IMG/VR virus record: IMGVR_UViG_3300045988_067813
Coordinates: 1 to 64,000 of that record
Reading direction: 5' to 3' (one strand)
Origin: a virus
Length of the DNA: 64,000 nt
Shown here: piece after piece, positions 55,674-63,353 of the stretch
How positions within the stretch are numbered: position 1 is the first letter of the stretch
Layout of the letters: every line of letters begins with the position of its first letter
Notes under the pieces: generated by a model
The model's database searches: none
The model's input: the letters and a program-made list of their open reading frames with translations, nothing else
What the model was told of the DNA's origin: nothing
Position numbers and translations under genes: made by a program

Positions 55674-56750
55674 TTATTGTCCTCCAAAGCGAACACGTCC
55701 AAAACGGTTCACAGGTTGTTCTTCTTTGATTTCTGCTTTTTCTACCACAGGGTTAGCTTTTTCTAACAATGTAGCCAATTTAGCAAGTTGCTCATCTACA
55801 ACATTTTCACTAGCTTCTTTTTCAGCCACTTTAGCTTTCAACTCAGCATTTTCTGTTTTAAGGGCTTCAACTTCTGTAGTCAACGCTTCGATAGATGCGA
55901 TAGCTTGTGCTAATGTATCACCTTCAACAGTAGATTGTTCTTCTTTAACTTCTTCTACTGCTGGTTTTTCAACTTCTGCAACTTCCTCTGTAGCAACTAC
56001 TTCTTCTGTAATTGCTTCTTCTGTAGATACTTCTGCTGAAAGGTGAGCAAGCACTTTATCTAGAATTTCTTTCTTATTCAAGTGTTCTTCCTCATTTCTT
56101 ACTAATAGTGATGGCTCATATCCACCACTCTTTGCATTTCCTGGATTTCCCACAAAGGAGAATCCTGTAATTTCAATTTCGTCTGTGATTGGTACGTCAA
56201 TATCCCCACCATGCTCAATGTTATAAACAACTAGCTTGGCATATTCTTCAATGTCACTGTCTTGTATCTCTTTAGCATACCACAGAAACTCTGATGAAAT
56301 GGCAAAAGGCTCATCTTGTAAGATAAGGTCTTTCATGTTGCTCAATTCTAGATTTACATGGGGTTTTACCAATAGGTCATAACGACCAGTCTCATCTTGT
56401 ACCAATTTAAGGTCTGATTTTCTAAAATAACCTTCTCTAACAGGGTAAGAGTTTAAATCTCTGTGTCCTGTAGAGACATATCCTTCAAAAGTACCATCAA
56501 TACTGTCATACCATTTCTTGAGTGTACCTTTACACAAATACAAACGAATGGTGTCGTCTGTATAGAGCACAGAACCCTCTGATAGTAGTGTCATGTACCC
56601 TTCTGAATTATCAACCTTATCCACAGACAGACGTTCTACCTCTTGCTTGTGAGCTGAGAGGTTCATCATTGCATCAAGATTATCTTTCTTCTCAATATAG
56701 CTATTGATTTCATTCATAATTCTCTCTGCTATCTGTGTTTTAACTGGCAT
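55674..56750 (-). CDS. Prohead protease / scaffold fusion candidate
   Basis: The N-terminal half has VSTGHRD and AISSEF (His/Ser candidates). The C-terminal half is an acidic coiled coil (EALTTEVEALKTENAELKAKVAEKEA). Confidence 0.5.
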   Translation of the reverse strand: MPVKTQIAERIMNEINSYIEKKDNLDAMMNLSAHKQEVERLSVDKVDNSEGYMTLLSEGSVLYTDDTIRLYLCKGTLKKWYDSIDGTFEGYVSTGHRDLNSYPVREGYFRKSDLKLVQDETGRYDLLVKPHVNLELSNMKDLILQDEPFAISSEFLWYAKEIQDSDIEEYAKLVVYNIEHGGDIDVPITDEIEITGFSFVGNPGNAKSGGYEPSLLVRNEEEHLNKKEILDKVLAHLSAEVSTEEAITEEVVATEEVAEVEKPAVEEVKEEQSTVEGDTLAQAIASIEALTTEVEALKTENAELKAKVAEKEASENVVDEQLAKLATLLEKANPVVEKAEIKEEQPVNRFGRVRFGGQ

Positions 56751-57076
56751 TAGTCAATAACCTCAAACAAATTGTACTTTAATTTTCTCACTTTCTTACC
56801 ACCACAAGATGCACAATAGGAATACTCGTATGGAACTCCATCTTTCTTCAATCCTGCTTCTGTTTCTGGTGTGAAAGGTAGTTGTTCTGTAGCTTCCTTA
56901 ATACTTTCAAGAAGAACTTGGTCAGTAGTTGTATACCAACCATTGCTCTCTTGATTGTTATCTGGGTAGAACTCAAAGAACTTACGTTGATTTTGAATAA
57001 TACCACGTTCGTTTAAGAAGTTTACACGAACTACTAAATCACGTTGGAGAAAGCGAGCAACCCTAAACTTACTCAT
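56750..57076 (-). CDS. Hypothetical head-module protein (108 aa)
   Basis: ORF with a CASCGG knuckle, overlap-coupled on both sides. Confidence 0.55.
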   Translation of the reverse strand: MSKFRVARFLQRDLVVRVNFLNERGIIQNQRKFFEFYPDNNQESNGWYTTTDQVLLESIKEATEQLPFTPETEAGLKKDGVPYEYSYCASCGGKKVRKLKYNLFEVID

Positions 57077-57203
57077 TATCTACCACCTTAACTAATGTGC
57101 CCTCTGTAATCTTAGAGATGACATCAGATTCACGTCCAAATTGCTTTGCACGCACTTCACGGAGGTATTCTTCGTAAGTTTGACTTACTGTTTTAACTTC
57201 CAT
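57069..57203 (-). CDS. Small ORF (44 aa; not in track)
   Basis: My translation is MEVKTVSQTYEEYLREVRAKQFGRESDVISKITEGTLVKVVDNE. TAATG overlap upstream and ATGAGTAA overlap downstream. Confidence 0.45.
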   Translation of the reverse strand: MEVKTVSQTYEEYLREVRAKQFGRESDVISKITEGTLVKVVDNE

Positions 57204-57487
57204 TATTTATCTCCAGCGTATGTAATAGGGAAACCATAGCAATCAAACTCAGTATCTTTGAGTTTAACTTCTTCCACAGTGTAGTCGAATGAGTATTTAT
57301 CCCCACAGCAGTAAGTAAATGATTTAAACTTGTTATCTTCTACATCATAATACTGAACTTGCTCTTGACCAACTACAACTTTGCGTACTTGTGCTAGAAT
57401 TGTTTCTGCCAATGGTGATTTGAACTCTTTAGTTTCACCAGCTACTTCTAGCTTTAAGTGCATAATTGGAACTTTAATCGTAGCCAT
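57203..57487 (-). CDS. Hypothetical, probably abundant head-module protein (94 aa)
   Basis: ATG 57487 (MATIKV) follows SD AAAGGAG, just downstream of the promoter at 57521-57548. Confidence 0.65.
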   Translation of the reverse strand: MATIKVPIMHLKLEVAGETKEFKSPLAETILAQVRKVVVGQEQVQYYDVEDNKFKSFTYCCGDKYSFDYTVEEVKLKDTEFDCYGFPITYAGDK

Positions 57488-57520
57488 GTATATGCTCCTT
57501 TCCATGAATGTTCTAATAAT

Positions 57521-57548
57521 AGTATAACAAAAAAAGAGAGTTTGACAA
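57521..57548 (-). promoter_or_regulatory. Promoter TTGTCA-16-TATACT embedded in a terminator
   Basis: The -35 lies in the loop and 3' arm of the terminator hairpin. The -10 lies after the T-run. Confidence 0.5.
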
Positions 57549-57553
57549 CTCTC
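57528..57553 (-). terminator. Rho-independent terminator
   Basis: GAGAGTT-GTCA-AACTCTC followed by TTTTTTT (minus strand). Confidence 0.7.
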
Positions 57554-57564
57554 ATGACTTTTAG

Positions 57565-58149
57565 TTAGAACTCAATGTTAGAAATTACTTTTGCAGTACC
57601 ATGTTCAAGTTTATACTTGTTGATAATATCCATAATGTCTTCCATTGCTTGTGTATCAAAGGTAGTATCAAAGTCGTTAATGAACTCATCTTCCTTGATA
57701 TGGATAACTCCACGTACCTCTGGTTTAGGTTTCTTACCATCTTTTGCACCATTACCTATTACATAACCAATAACATAGTTAGCATAGATATGTCCTGATG
57801 ATTGTTCCATCAAGGCACGTTGGTCAACCACAAAGGTGTATACTTTCTCAGTAGAGCCATCTTCCAATGTTTCAGTAGCAACTTTCACACGATTGTCAAA
57901 GGCTACGTCTACGTTCACAGCGTAAGAAGTACGAGGTGTACGAAGCATATTACCGTTAGCACCGATTGTAGGAATCTTTTGTGTAACGTTCATTTCTCCA
58001 CCATTGATTAGCACTTCTGCATCAAGGTCTGTAATTTCTGCATACTTACGAAGAGTATATACAGGTTTACCAGAACGTACATATTCAGGAGTAATCTTGC
58101 TACGTTTCTCATCTAAGAAACCAAGTACATCTGAAATAAGGTTAGTCAT
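57565..58149 (-). CDS. Hypothetical protein (194 aa)
   Basis: SD GGAGGA. ATGACTAA overlap with the upstream gene. Confidence 0.65.
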   Translation of the reverse strand: MTNLISDVLGFLDEKRSKITPEYVRSGKPVYTLRKYAEITDLDAEVLINGGEMNVTQKIPTIGANGNMLRTPRTSYAVNVDVAFDNRVKVATETLEDGSTEKVYTFVVDQRALMEQSSGHIYANYVIGYVIGNGAKDGKKPKPEVRGVIHIKEDEFINDFDTTFDTQAMEDIMDIINKYKLEHGTAKVISNIEF

Positions 58150-58561
58150 CTAGTTTTCCTCCATGACGGTACATGTTTCTCAGTCCGTCTTTTTTGTCTT
58201 CAATGTTTGCTCTCTGCTTATCCACAGATAGGATTTGATATACATAAGGCTTAGGCTTACCATAGTCTGTCACATACTTACCTTGACTTTGTTCATCTAG
58301 GTTTAAGTAGTCATTATAGCTTGTGAAGGCTTTTTCATTAGCCAACTTAGCATAAATCACAGTAACATCAGGGTAGTACATTCTATCAAGAACATAGCCA
58401 TAGTCCATATTGTACTCTTTACACAGAGTGAGAGCCATTTCTTCTACGTCATCAAGCTCAACTACTACCATATCCTCATAAGCTAGACCTTTATACTCAT
58501 CTAGTGGTTTAATTGCCCCTTGAGTAAATGCCCAGTTATAACGGACTAGGTAACTAATCAA
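58142..58561 (-). CDS. Hypothetical protein (139 aa; TTG start uncertain)
   Basis: ORF overlapping the upstream stop. No clear SD. Confidence 0.5.
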   Translation of the reverse strand: MISYLVRYNWAFTQGAIKPLDEYKGLAYEDMVVVELDDVEEMALTLCKEYNMDYGYVLDRMYYPDVTVIYAKLANEKAFTSYNDYLNLDEQSQGKYVTDYGKPKPYVYQILSVDKQRANIEDKKDGLRNMYRHGGKLDD

Positions 58562-59099
58562 CTTGAAAAAATGAAGGGTTCTCTCTTAAGATTTTTCCAC
58601 AGTTTTCAATGAGTGATACATCTGTGATATAAGCTGTAAGGTGTTCAGGAATACCTAGAACCTCTCCTACCAATTTCTCACAAGCATCAATCACGTTATC
58701 ATCAAACACTTCATAGATTTTAAATAAATCATCTGGTGTGTAGATTTCTGTAGAGCCATCTTCTCTAAAGTCTGTGAAGGCAATAGAGATGATTGAAGCA
58801 TAGTTACGAACCTTACGAGCAATACGAGGTGTAATATACTTTTCTTTAGCAGTGACCTCTTGTACATAGGCTTTACCATCTTGTACAATCTCAGCTCCAG
58901 CAGGAGCTTGACCAACAATAGGCAACCATAAAGTCACAGTATAGTCTTTTGGAGTAATACTTCCAATCTTAGTGCTATCTCCATTTACCACAGAGTTTGT
59001 AGCTGTTTGGATAGCCACAGGAGCATCACTTTGGACTGCATCTTGGAAGTTACCTTGGAGTTTTGCTAACTCCTCAATACTCATAATCTTACTTGTCAT
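58554..59099 (-). CDS. Hypothetical protein after portal (181 aa)
   Basis: ORF with SD AGGTAAG. Confidence 0.6.
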   Translation of the reverse strand: MTSKIMSIEELAKLQGNFQDAVQSDAPVAIQTATNSVVNGDSTKIGSITPKDYTVTLWLPIVGQAPAGAEIVQDGKAYVQEVTAKEKYITPRIARKVRNYASIISIAFTDFREDGSTEIYTPDDLFKIYEVFDDNVIDACEKLVGEVLGIPEHLTAYITDVSLIENCGKILRENPSFFQVD

Positions 59100-59106
59100 T
59101 TCTTAC

Positions 59107-60450
59107 CTACACAATCAAATTTTTCTTCAAATAGGCTTCTGCCATATTCTCATCAATACCTTTGAGTCTATCATAAACATCAAGGATATAAATGTCATTA
59201 TTGTAGTTGTAGTTTGTTGTAAACTCATAACTATCAAACTTAATATGTTCTGTCAGCCCAGTAGCGTTTTGGAGCAACTTAACAATCTGCCCAATGAAGT
59301 GGTCACGCATTGGAATAATGGTGTTCTTCATAGAGTTATCAATGATACTGTAAGTACCAATGTTAGACACAGTTTTGTTAAGGTCAAAGAGACGTGCTGG
59401 AACTCCAAACATTTGACAGATAATAGCTGGAACATACTGTGATAGGTAGTCCAAGAAATCTGTAGCTTTTGTATCACGCTCAAGTTGCTCAAGGTTTTGG
59501 AAGTTTCCTGAATACACAATGGCATCATTGAACTCTGTCTCAGATAGCTTCTCTGCAAAAGCATTCATATCTTCCACAATCTTCTTGTTACGCTCTTCTT
59601 TGGCTTGTCTACCCATATCAAGTAAATCACCACTTCCGAAGGACGTACCTTGCTCTACACTTTCCTCAATCTGTTCTTCTAGTGTATCCTTGGCTTGCAA
59701 TGCAATAGTACCAATACCATTCCTAGAAATATCATAGTTCATACGATTCAGAATGTTGAGGATAAGTTCAACACGCTTACGGTCTTTAAGCAATGGAGAC
59801 ATACAGAATACTTGAGAGGTATCTAACCTCACACAAGCGAATTGGTCTTCTGTAACAACCATTACCTCATTCTTGAACCGTTTAGGGTCTTTTAGAATTT
59901 CCTTAATATCGTCCTCAGAATAATCACTAGCTACTCTAGGATTCCCTGTCTTGCGGTCATAAGGTGTCACAAAGATATTATTATTTTTAATCAAGTATGT
60001 AAGAGTCTGTCTAAGCACAGGCATCTTAGGATAATCAATCACACAAGCAAGAATATCTTTAGGGTGAACTCCCACAAGACCATCACCAGTGTTTAGGATT
60101 CCATAATAACCATACTTACGATAGCCTTTGGCTACTTGTTTTAACACATCATAGTTTCGCTGACCATTGTAGTTATGTGCATATAGATACTTTCTGAGTG
60201 TTTCGTCCTTAGTGAAGTCTTCTGTGGTTAGATAGTTTGTAAACATATAGTTCACAATGTTATCTAGGATATAATCAACATCAGGAAGGTCAAGAGCTAG
60301 TTTTTCAATGTCCTCTAGATTCTCACCTACTGGTGAACCTCTAAAACCTGAACTTTGAAAAATTAGCCTATCTTTATACTCAGCATTGAAGTATCTATCC
60401 ATTGCACAAGAGCCACCACAGTCATCTTTTTTGCACTTTCCACAGCTCAT
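59107..60450 (-). CDS. Portal protein candidate (447 aa) with Cys-rich N-terminus
   Basis: Follows TerL with a TAATG overlap. Size is typical of portals. N-terminus MSCGKCKKDDCGGSCAMD. Confidence 0.65.
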   Translation of the reverse strand: MSCGKCKKDDCGGSCAMDRYFNAEYKDRLIFQSSGFRGSPVGENLEDIEKLALDLPDVDYILDNIVNYMFTNYLTTEDFTKDETLRKYLYAHNYNGQRNYDVLKQVAKGYRKYGYYGILNTGDGLVGVHPKDILACVIDYPKMPVLRQTLTYLIKNNNIFVTPYDRKTGNPRVASDYSEDDIKEILKDPKRFKNEVMVVTEDQFACVRLDTSQVFCMSPLLKDRKRVELILNILNRMNYDISRNGIGTIALQAKDTLEEQIEESVEQGTSFGSGDLLDMGRQAKEERNKKIVEDMNAFAEKLSETEFNDAIVYSGNFQNLEQLERDTKATDFLDYLSQYVPAIICQMFGVPARLFDLNKTVSNIGTYSIIDNSMKNTIIPMRDHFIGQIVKLLQNATGLTEHIKFDSYEFTTNYNYNNDIYILDVYDRLKGIDENMAEAYLKKNLIV

Positions 60451-62090
60451 TAAGAACCTCCAAGGTAGAATAACTCAGCTACATGTAATGATAGCAACAC
60501 ACTATCCAATTCATCAGGAGAGTGTTTTAACAATTTCTTAATTTCTGATTTAGGACGTATTTTAACCAATCTATCCTCTGGTTTCTGAATCTCAGACACA
60601 AAGGACATTTGACGACTAATACTATCCCACACAGATTTAACAAACGATACCCTTTGTGCTTCCATCATACCTCTTAACATTAGGTGCATCTCTGCTCTTC
60701 TGTTATAGGCATATTCAGCACTAGGGTCTTTTGCCAATACTTTAATTTCTGTAGGTTTTCCACCAAAGTTAATGTCATACACAGGACACTTTAGCTTTCC
60801 ACCCAGTCTTCTCATTTTCAGTGGTTGAACGATATGTGCTCCTCCACCAGCATCTATACCAATAGCTTTGGCATTGAGTCTGTTAGCTAGAGTCACAATC
60901 TTATCAACAATTTCTATGGCAGTTATACCATCTATCCACTCAGCAGGCTTAATATCTTTCGTATCTAGCACAGTGAAGTGATTATGCTTATCTACCACAG
61001 TAACAGTAACTTGAATACTGTCAGCACCCTTATAGGCACTATCCACACCAATGAAGTAATCATAGTCCTCTGATTTAGGGTCAAAGGAATCTAGCACATT
61101 AGGTGATGAATCAAAGAACGCTGAACGCTCTGTAGGAAACTCACACAGAAGGTTTTCACGAATAGAATCCTCTGTAATGGTGAACTGGGAACGCATAAGC
61201 TCTTCTTTGGTGTATCTGATACTACCCTCTTCAATGGCTGTCACAACGTCAAGCCACATAACAAACTCATCCTCAGCTAAGTCCTCATTGGTCATGAAAT
61301 CATAGAAGTTGTTAAGTGAACGAGGGTTAGAGATTAGATACATGATGAGCTTACGTCCATCATCAGACTCAAACTCCCTACGACCCATGTGACCAAGGGC
61401 TATAGGTGAAATATCTGATGCTTCATCTCCAAACATATTACCACCACGACCAATGACGTGGATTTTAGATGGGTCAGTGAAGTTAGAACCAGCACTAAGA
61501 CCCTCCAATTTACCTCCATTACGGAAGGTGAAACCCTCACTAGAGAATGAGGATAGACCACGTTTAAGTCGCTTATCTACTGCTGTTACGTCTTTCTCAT
61601 CAAACGATAGCATAGCCTTAACATCAGGGTGAGCATTTACCAAGATTTCTCTTGCGTGTTGGATAATGATACCAGAGTATTCTTGTGTTGAACCTACAGC
61701 ATAACAGTTTTCACCTTCATATGCAAAGTGGTTAGACATGATTCCACACAAGAATGACTTACCATAACGAGGAGTTGCCACACAGTAACCAGTCTTGTAA
61801 TCACCACTTAAGAAAGCTCCAAATTGGACTGCTTGAGACCACCAAAGCTCTAAATTAAACTCAGAAAGGGCTGTTGTAAACCCTAACTTGTAATATTCAA
61901 GCTCTTTCTTAAAGCCATGTCTTTCTCGAATGGTATTACGCTTAAAGTGTTTAGGGATTTTACCCTTCACAGCATCTTTAAGTTGGTCTTGTGGGGTTAC
62001 TTGGTCAAGAAGTATAGATAGCTTCTCACGATTGGAGAGTACCTTACGCTTTTGAATAAGTGACCCAACATCTGCATCTTGGGTGTGCAT
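60450..62090 (-). CDS. terL: Terminase large subunit
   Basis: Walker A VATPRYGKSF, Walker B-like MFGDEASDI, nuclease-half acidic motifs IGVDSAYKG and IGIDAGGG. Confidence 0.85.
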   Translation of the reverse strand: MHTQDADVGSLIQKRKVLSNREKLSILLDQVTPQDQLKDAVKGKIPKHFKRNTIRERHGFKKELEYYKLGFTTALSEFNLELWWSQAVQFGAFLSGDYKTGYCVATPRYGKSFLCGIMSNHFAYEGENCYAVGSTQEYSGIIIQHAREILVNAHPDVKAMLSFDEKDVTAVDKRLKRGLSSFSSEGFTFRNGGKLEGLSAGSNFTDPSKIHVIGRGGNMFGDEASDISPIALGHMGRREFESDDGRKLIMYLISNPRSLNNFYDFMTNEDLAEDEFVMWLDVVTAIEEGSIRYTKEELMRSQFTITEDSIRENLLCEFPTERSAFFDSSPNVLDSFDPKSEDYDYFIGVDSAYKGADSIQVTVTVVDKHNHFTVLDTKDIKPAEWIDGITAIEIVDKIVTLANRLNAKAIGIDAGGGAHIVQPLKMRRLGGKLKCPVYDINFGGKPTEIKVLAKDPSAEYAYNRRAEMHLMLRGMMEAQRVSFVKSVWDSISRQMSFVSEIQKPEDRLVKIRPKSEIKKLLKHSPDELDSVLLSLHVAELFYLGGS

Positions 62091-62724
62091 AGACTATATC
62101 TCCTCCAGTATAGCTTAATTGCTCAACAATGCCCACAGAAGGAGCTACTGCTGAAAAACTTTCTGTCACAGGTATAGTCAGTCCATTCATAGCTAAACAA
62201 GTAGGGCAAGTATTAGAATCACCAATACAGTTCCATGTTTTTAGAATGGAGTTCTCTGTAACAAGCTCAAATAACTTGGCACTTTCCACAGAAGCCTTTT
62301 CAATACCCATTTGGACTTCACTTAAAGCCAATCGCTCTAGGTTACTGCTGAACTCTTTGATAATATCATCAAAGCTCACAGTATCAATAGAATCAATCAG
62401 TTTGGCTCTAAGGTCACTAGCATGAGCATCTAAGATTTCTTTCAGTCTGCCATAGTTGCTTCTTGCAAAAGCAGAAGTATTCACACCGTTTCTAATTTCA
62501 ATTACTTCCTCTGGTGCTAAATCCACACCAAGCGCATCAAGGATATAATCAATCTCGTCTAAGAACACAGTTGAATACATGTCAATCAAGTACCCAATTA
62601 GGGAAGATTCAGCACTTATGTAATCTCCACTCACTACAACGGAGTTCACAAAGGCTTGAAGCAAGGATACTATCTCATCATAATGCTTTTGGAAGAGGTC
62701 TTCTCTAGGACTGTGTGATGCCAT
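62044..62724 (-). CDS. SPP1 gp7 / Mu F-like head morphogenesis protein
   Basis: C-terminal signature GDSNTCPTCLAMNG ... AHPRCRCW. Confidence 0.7.
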   Translation of the reverse strand: MASHSPREDLFQKHYDEIVSLLQAFVNSVVVSGDYISAESSLIGYLIDMYSTVFLDEIDYILDALGVDLAPEEVIEIRNGVNTSAFARSNYGRLKEILDAHASDLRAKLIDSIDTVSFDDIIKEFSSNLERLALSEVQMGIEKASVESAKLFELVTENSILKTWNCIGDSNTCPTCLAMNGLTIPVTESFSAVAPSVGIVEQLSYTGGDIVYAHPRCRCWVTYSKA

Positions 62725-63083
62725 TACATATCTCCAAACAACTCGTCAAGTTTGGCTTTGGTGTAGTTTTTAAGCTCATCAACACCATCTTTAGTATCAT
62801 GGTTCACATTGACTGTAGTTTGTGTAGCTTTACCTTCAATACGGTCAGCCCACTCTTTACGCTCATAGCTATCCTCGAAGGAAGCCATAATCTGTAACAT
62901 TGCATTTTTAGCTACTGGAGTGCAAGGAGGAATTTGGGAATAGACCTCAAAGCCAACTTCGCTAAGTAATGTTTCATCTACGTCAATTAGACCCCAACGC
63001 ATTTGGTAAAGCTCTAGTGACTTTTCATCAAGCAAGCTTAACTCTCTCATAGTCTCAGAGTATAATTTTGATTTACTAGCCAT
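62724..63083 (-). CDS. Small acidic protein, possible small terminase subunit
   Basis: First late-operon ORF after the tRNAs. Assigned by size and position only. Confidence 0.3.
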   Translation of the reverse strand: MASKSKLYSETMRELSLLDEKSLELYQMRWGLIDVDETLLSEVGFEVYSQIPPCTPVAKNAMLQIMASFEDSYERKEWADRIEGKATQTTVNVNHDTKDGVDELKNYTKAKLDELFGDM

Positions 63084-63108
63084 TATCTTTACCTTTCTAA
63101 AAATTTAA

Positions 63109-63182
63109 TACACCCTACTGGACTTGAACCAGTGACACTACGCTTAGAAGGCGTATGCTCTATCCAACTGAGCTAAGAGTGT
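63109..63182 (-). tRNA. tRNA-Arg (anticodon UCU)
   Basis: Hand-folded cloverleaf: acceptor ACACTCT/AGGGTGT, D arm GCTC/GAGC, anticodon stem TACGC/GCGTA with loop CTTCTAA, T arm ACTGG-TTCAAGT-CCAGT. 74 nt, no encoded CCA. Confidence 0.8.
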
Positions 63183-63238
63183 GTATGGTGGGAAATACCA
63201 CCATTTAGTATTCACAAGAGTGATACCTATCAACCAAA

Positions 63239-63263
63239 AGTGCGTAGTGGGATTTGAACCCAC
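63239..63263 (-). pseudogene. Orphan tRNA 3' half (T arm + 3' acceptor strand)
   Basis: GTGGG-TTCAAAT-CCCAC-TACGCAC on the minus strand. Only about 18 nt separate it from the end of tRNA-Cys, so no D or anticodon arm is possible. Confidence 0.5.
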
Positions 63264-63281
63264 GAATTATCCAAACACATA

Positions 63282-63353
63282 AGAGCGTAGAGGGATTTGA
63301 ACCCCCGTTGGTGAGGTTGCAGCTCACAGCCTTAACCACTTGGCTATACGCTC
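63282..63353 (-). tRNA. tRNA-Cys (anticodon GCA)
   Basis: Hand-folded: acceptor GAGCGTA/TACGCTC (perfect), anticodon stem GTGAG/CTCAC with loop CTGCAAC, T arm GGGGG-TTCAAAT-CCCTC. 72 nt. Confidence 0.75.

Noticed and set aside
55329-56046. Plus-strand ORFs 55329-55766 and 55663-56046 opposite the MCP and scaffold genes
   Set aside because: They are Ser/Thr/Ala-rich shadow frames of the acidic coiled-coil scaffold region. They are nested in strongly supported minus-strand genes.
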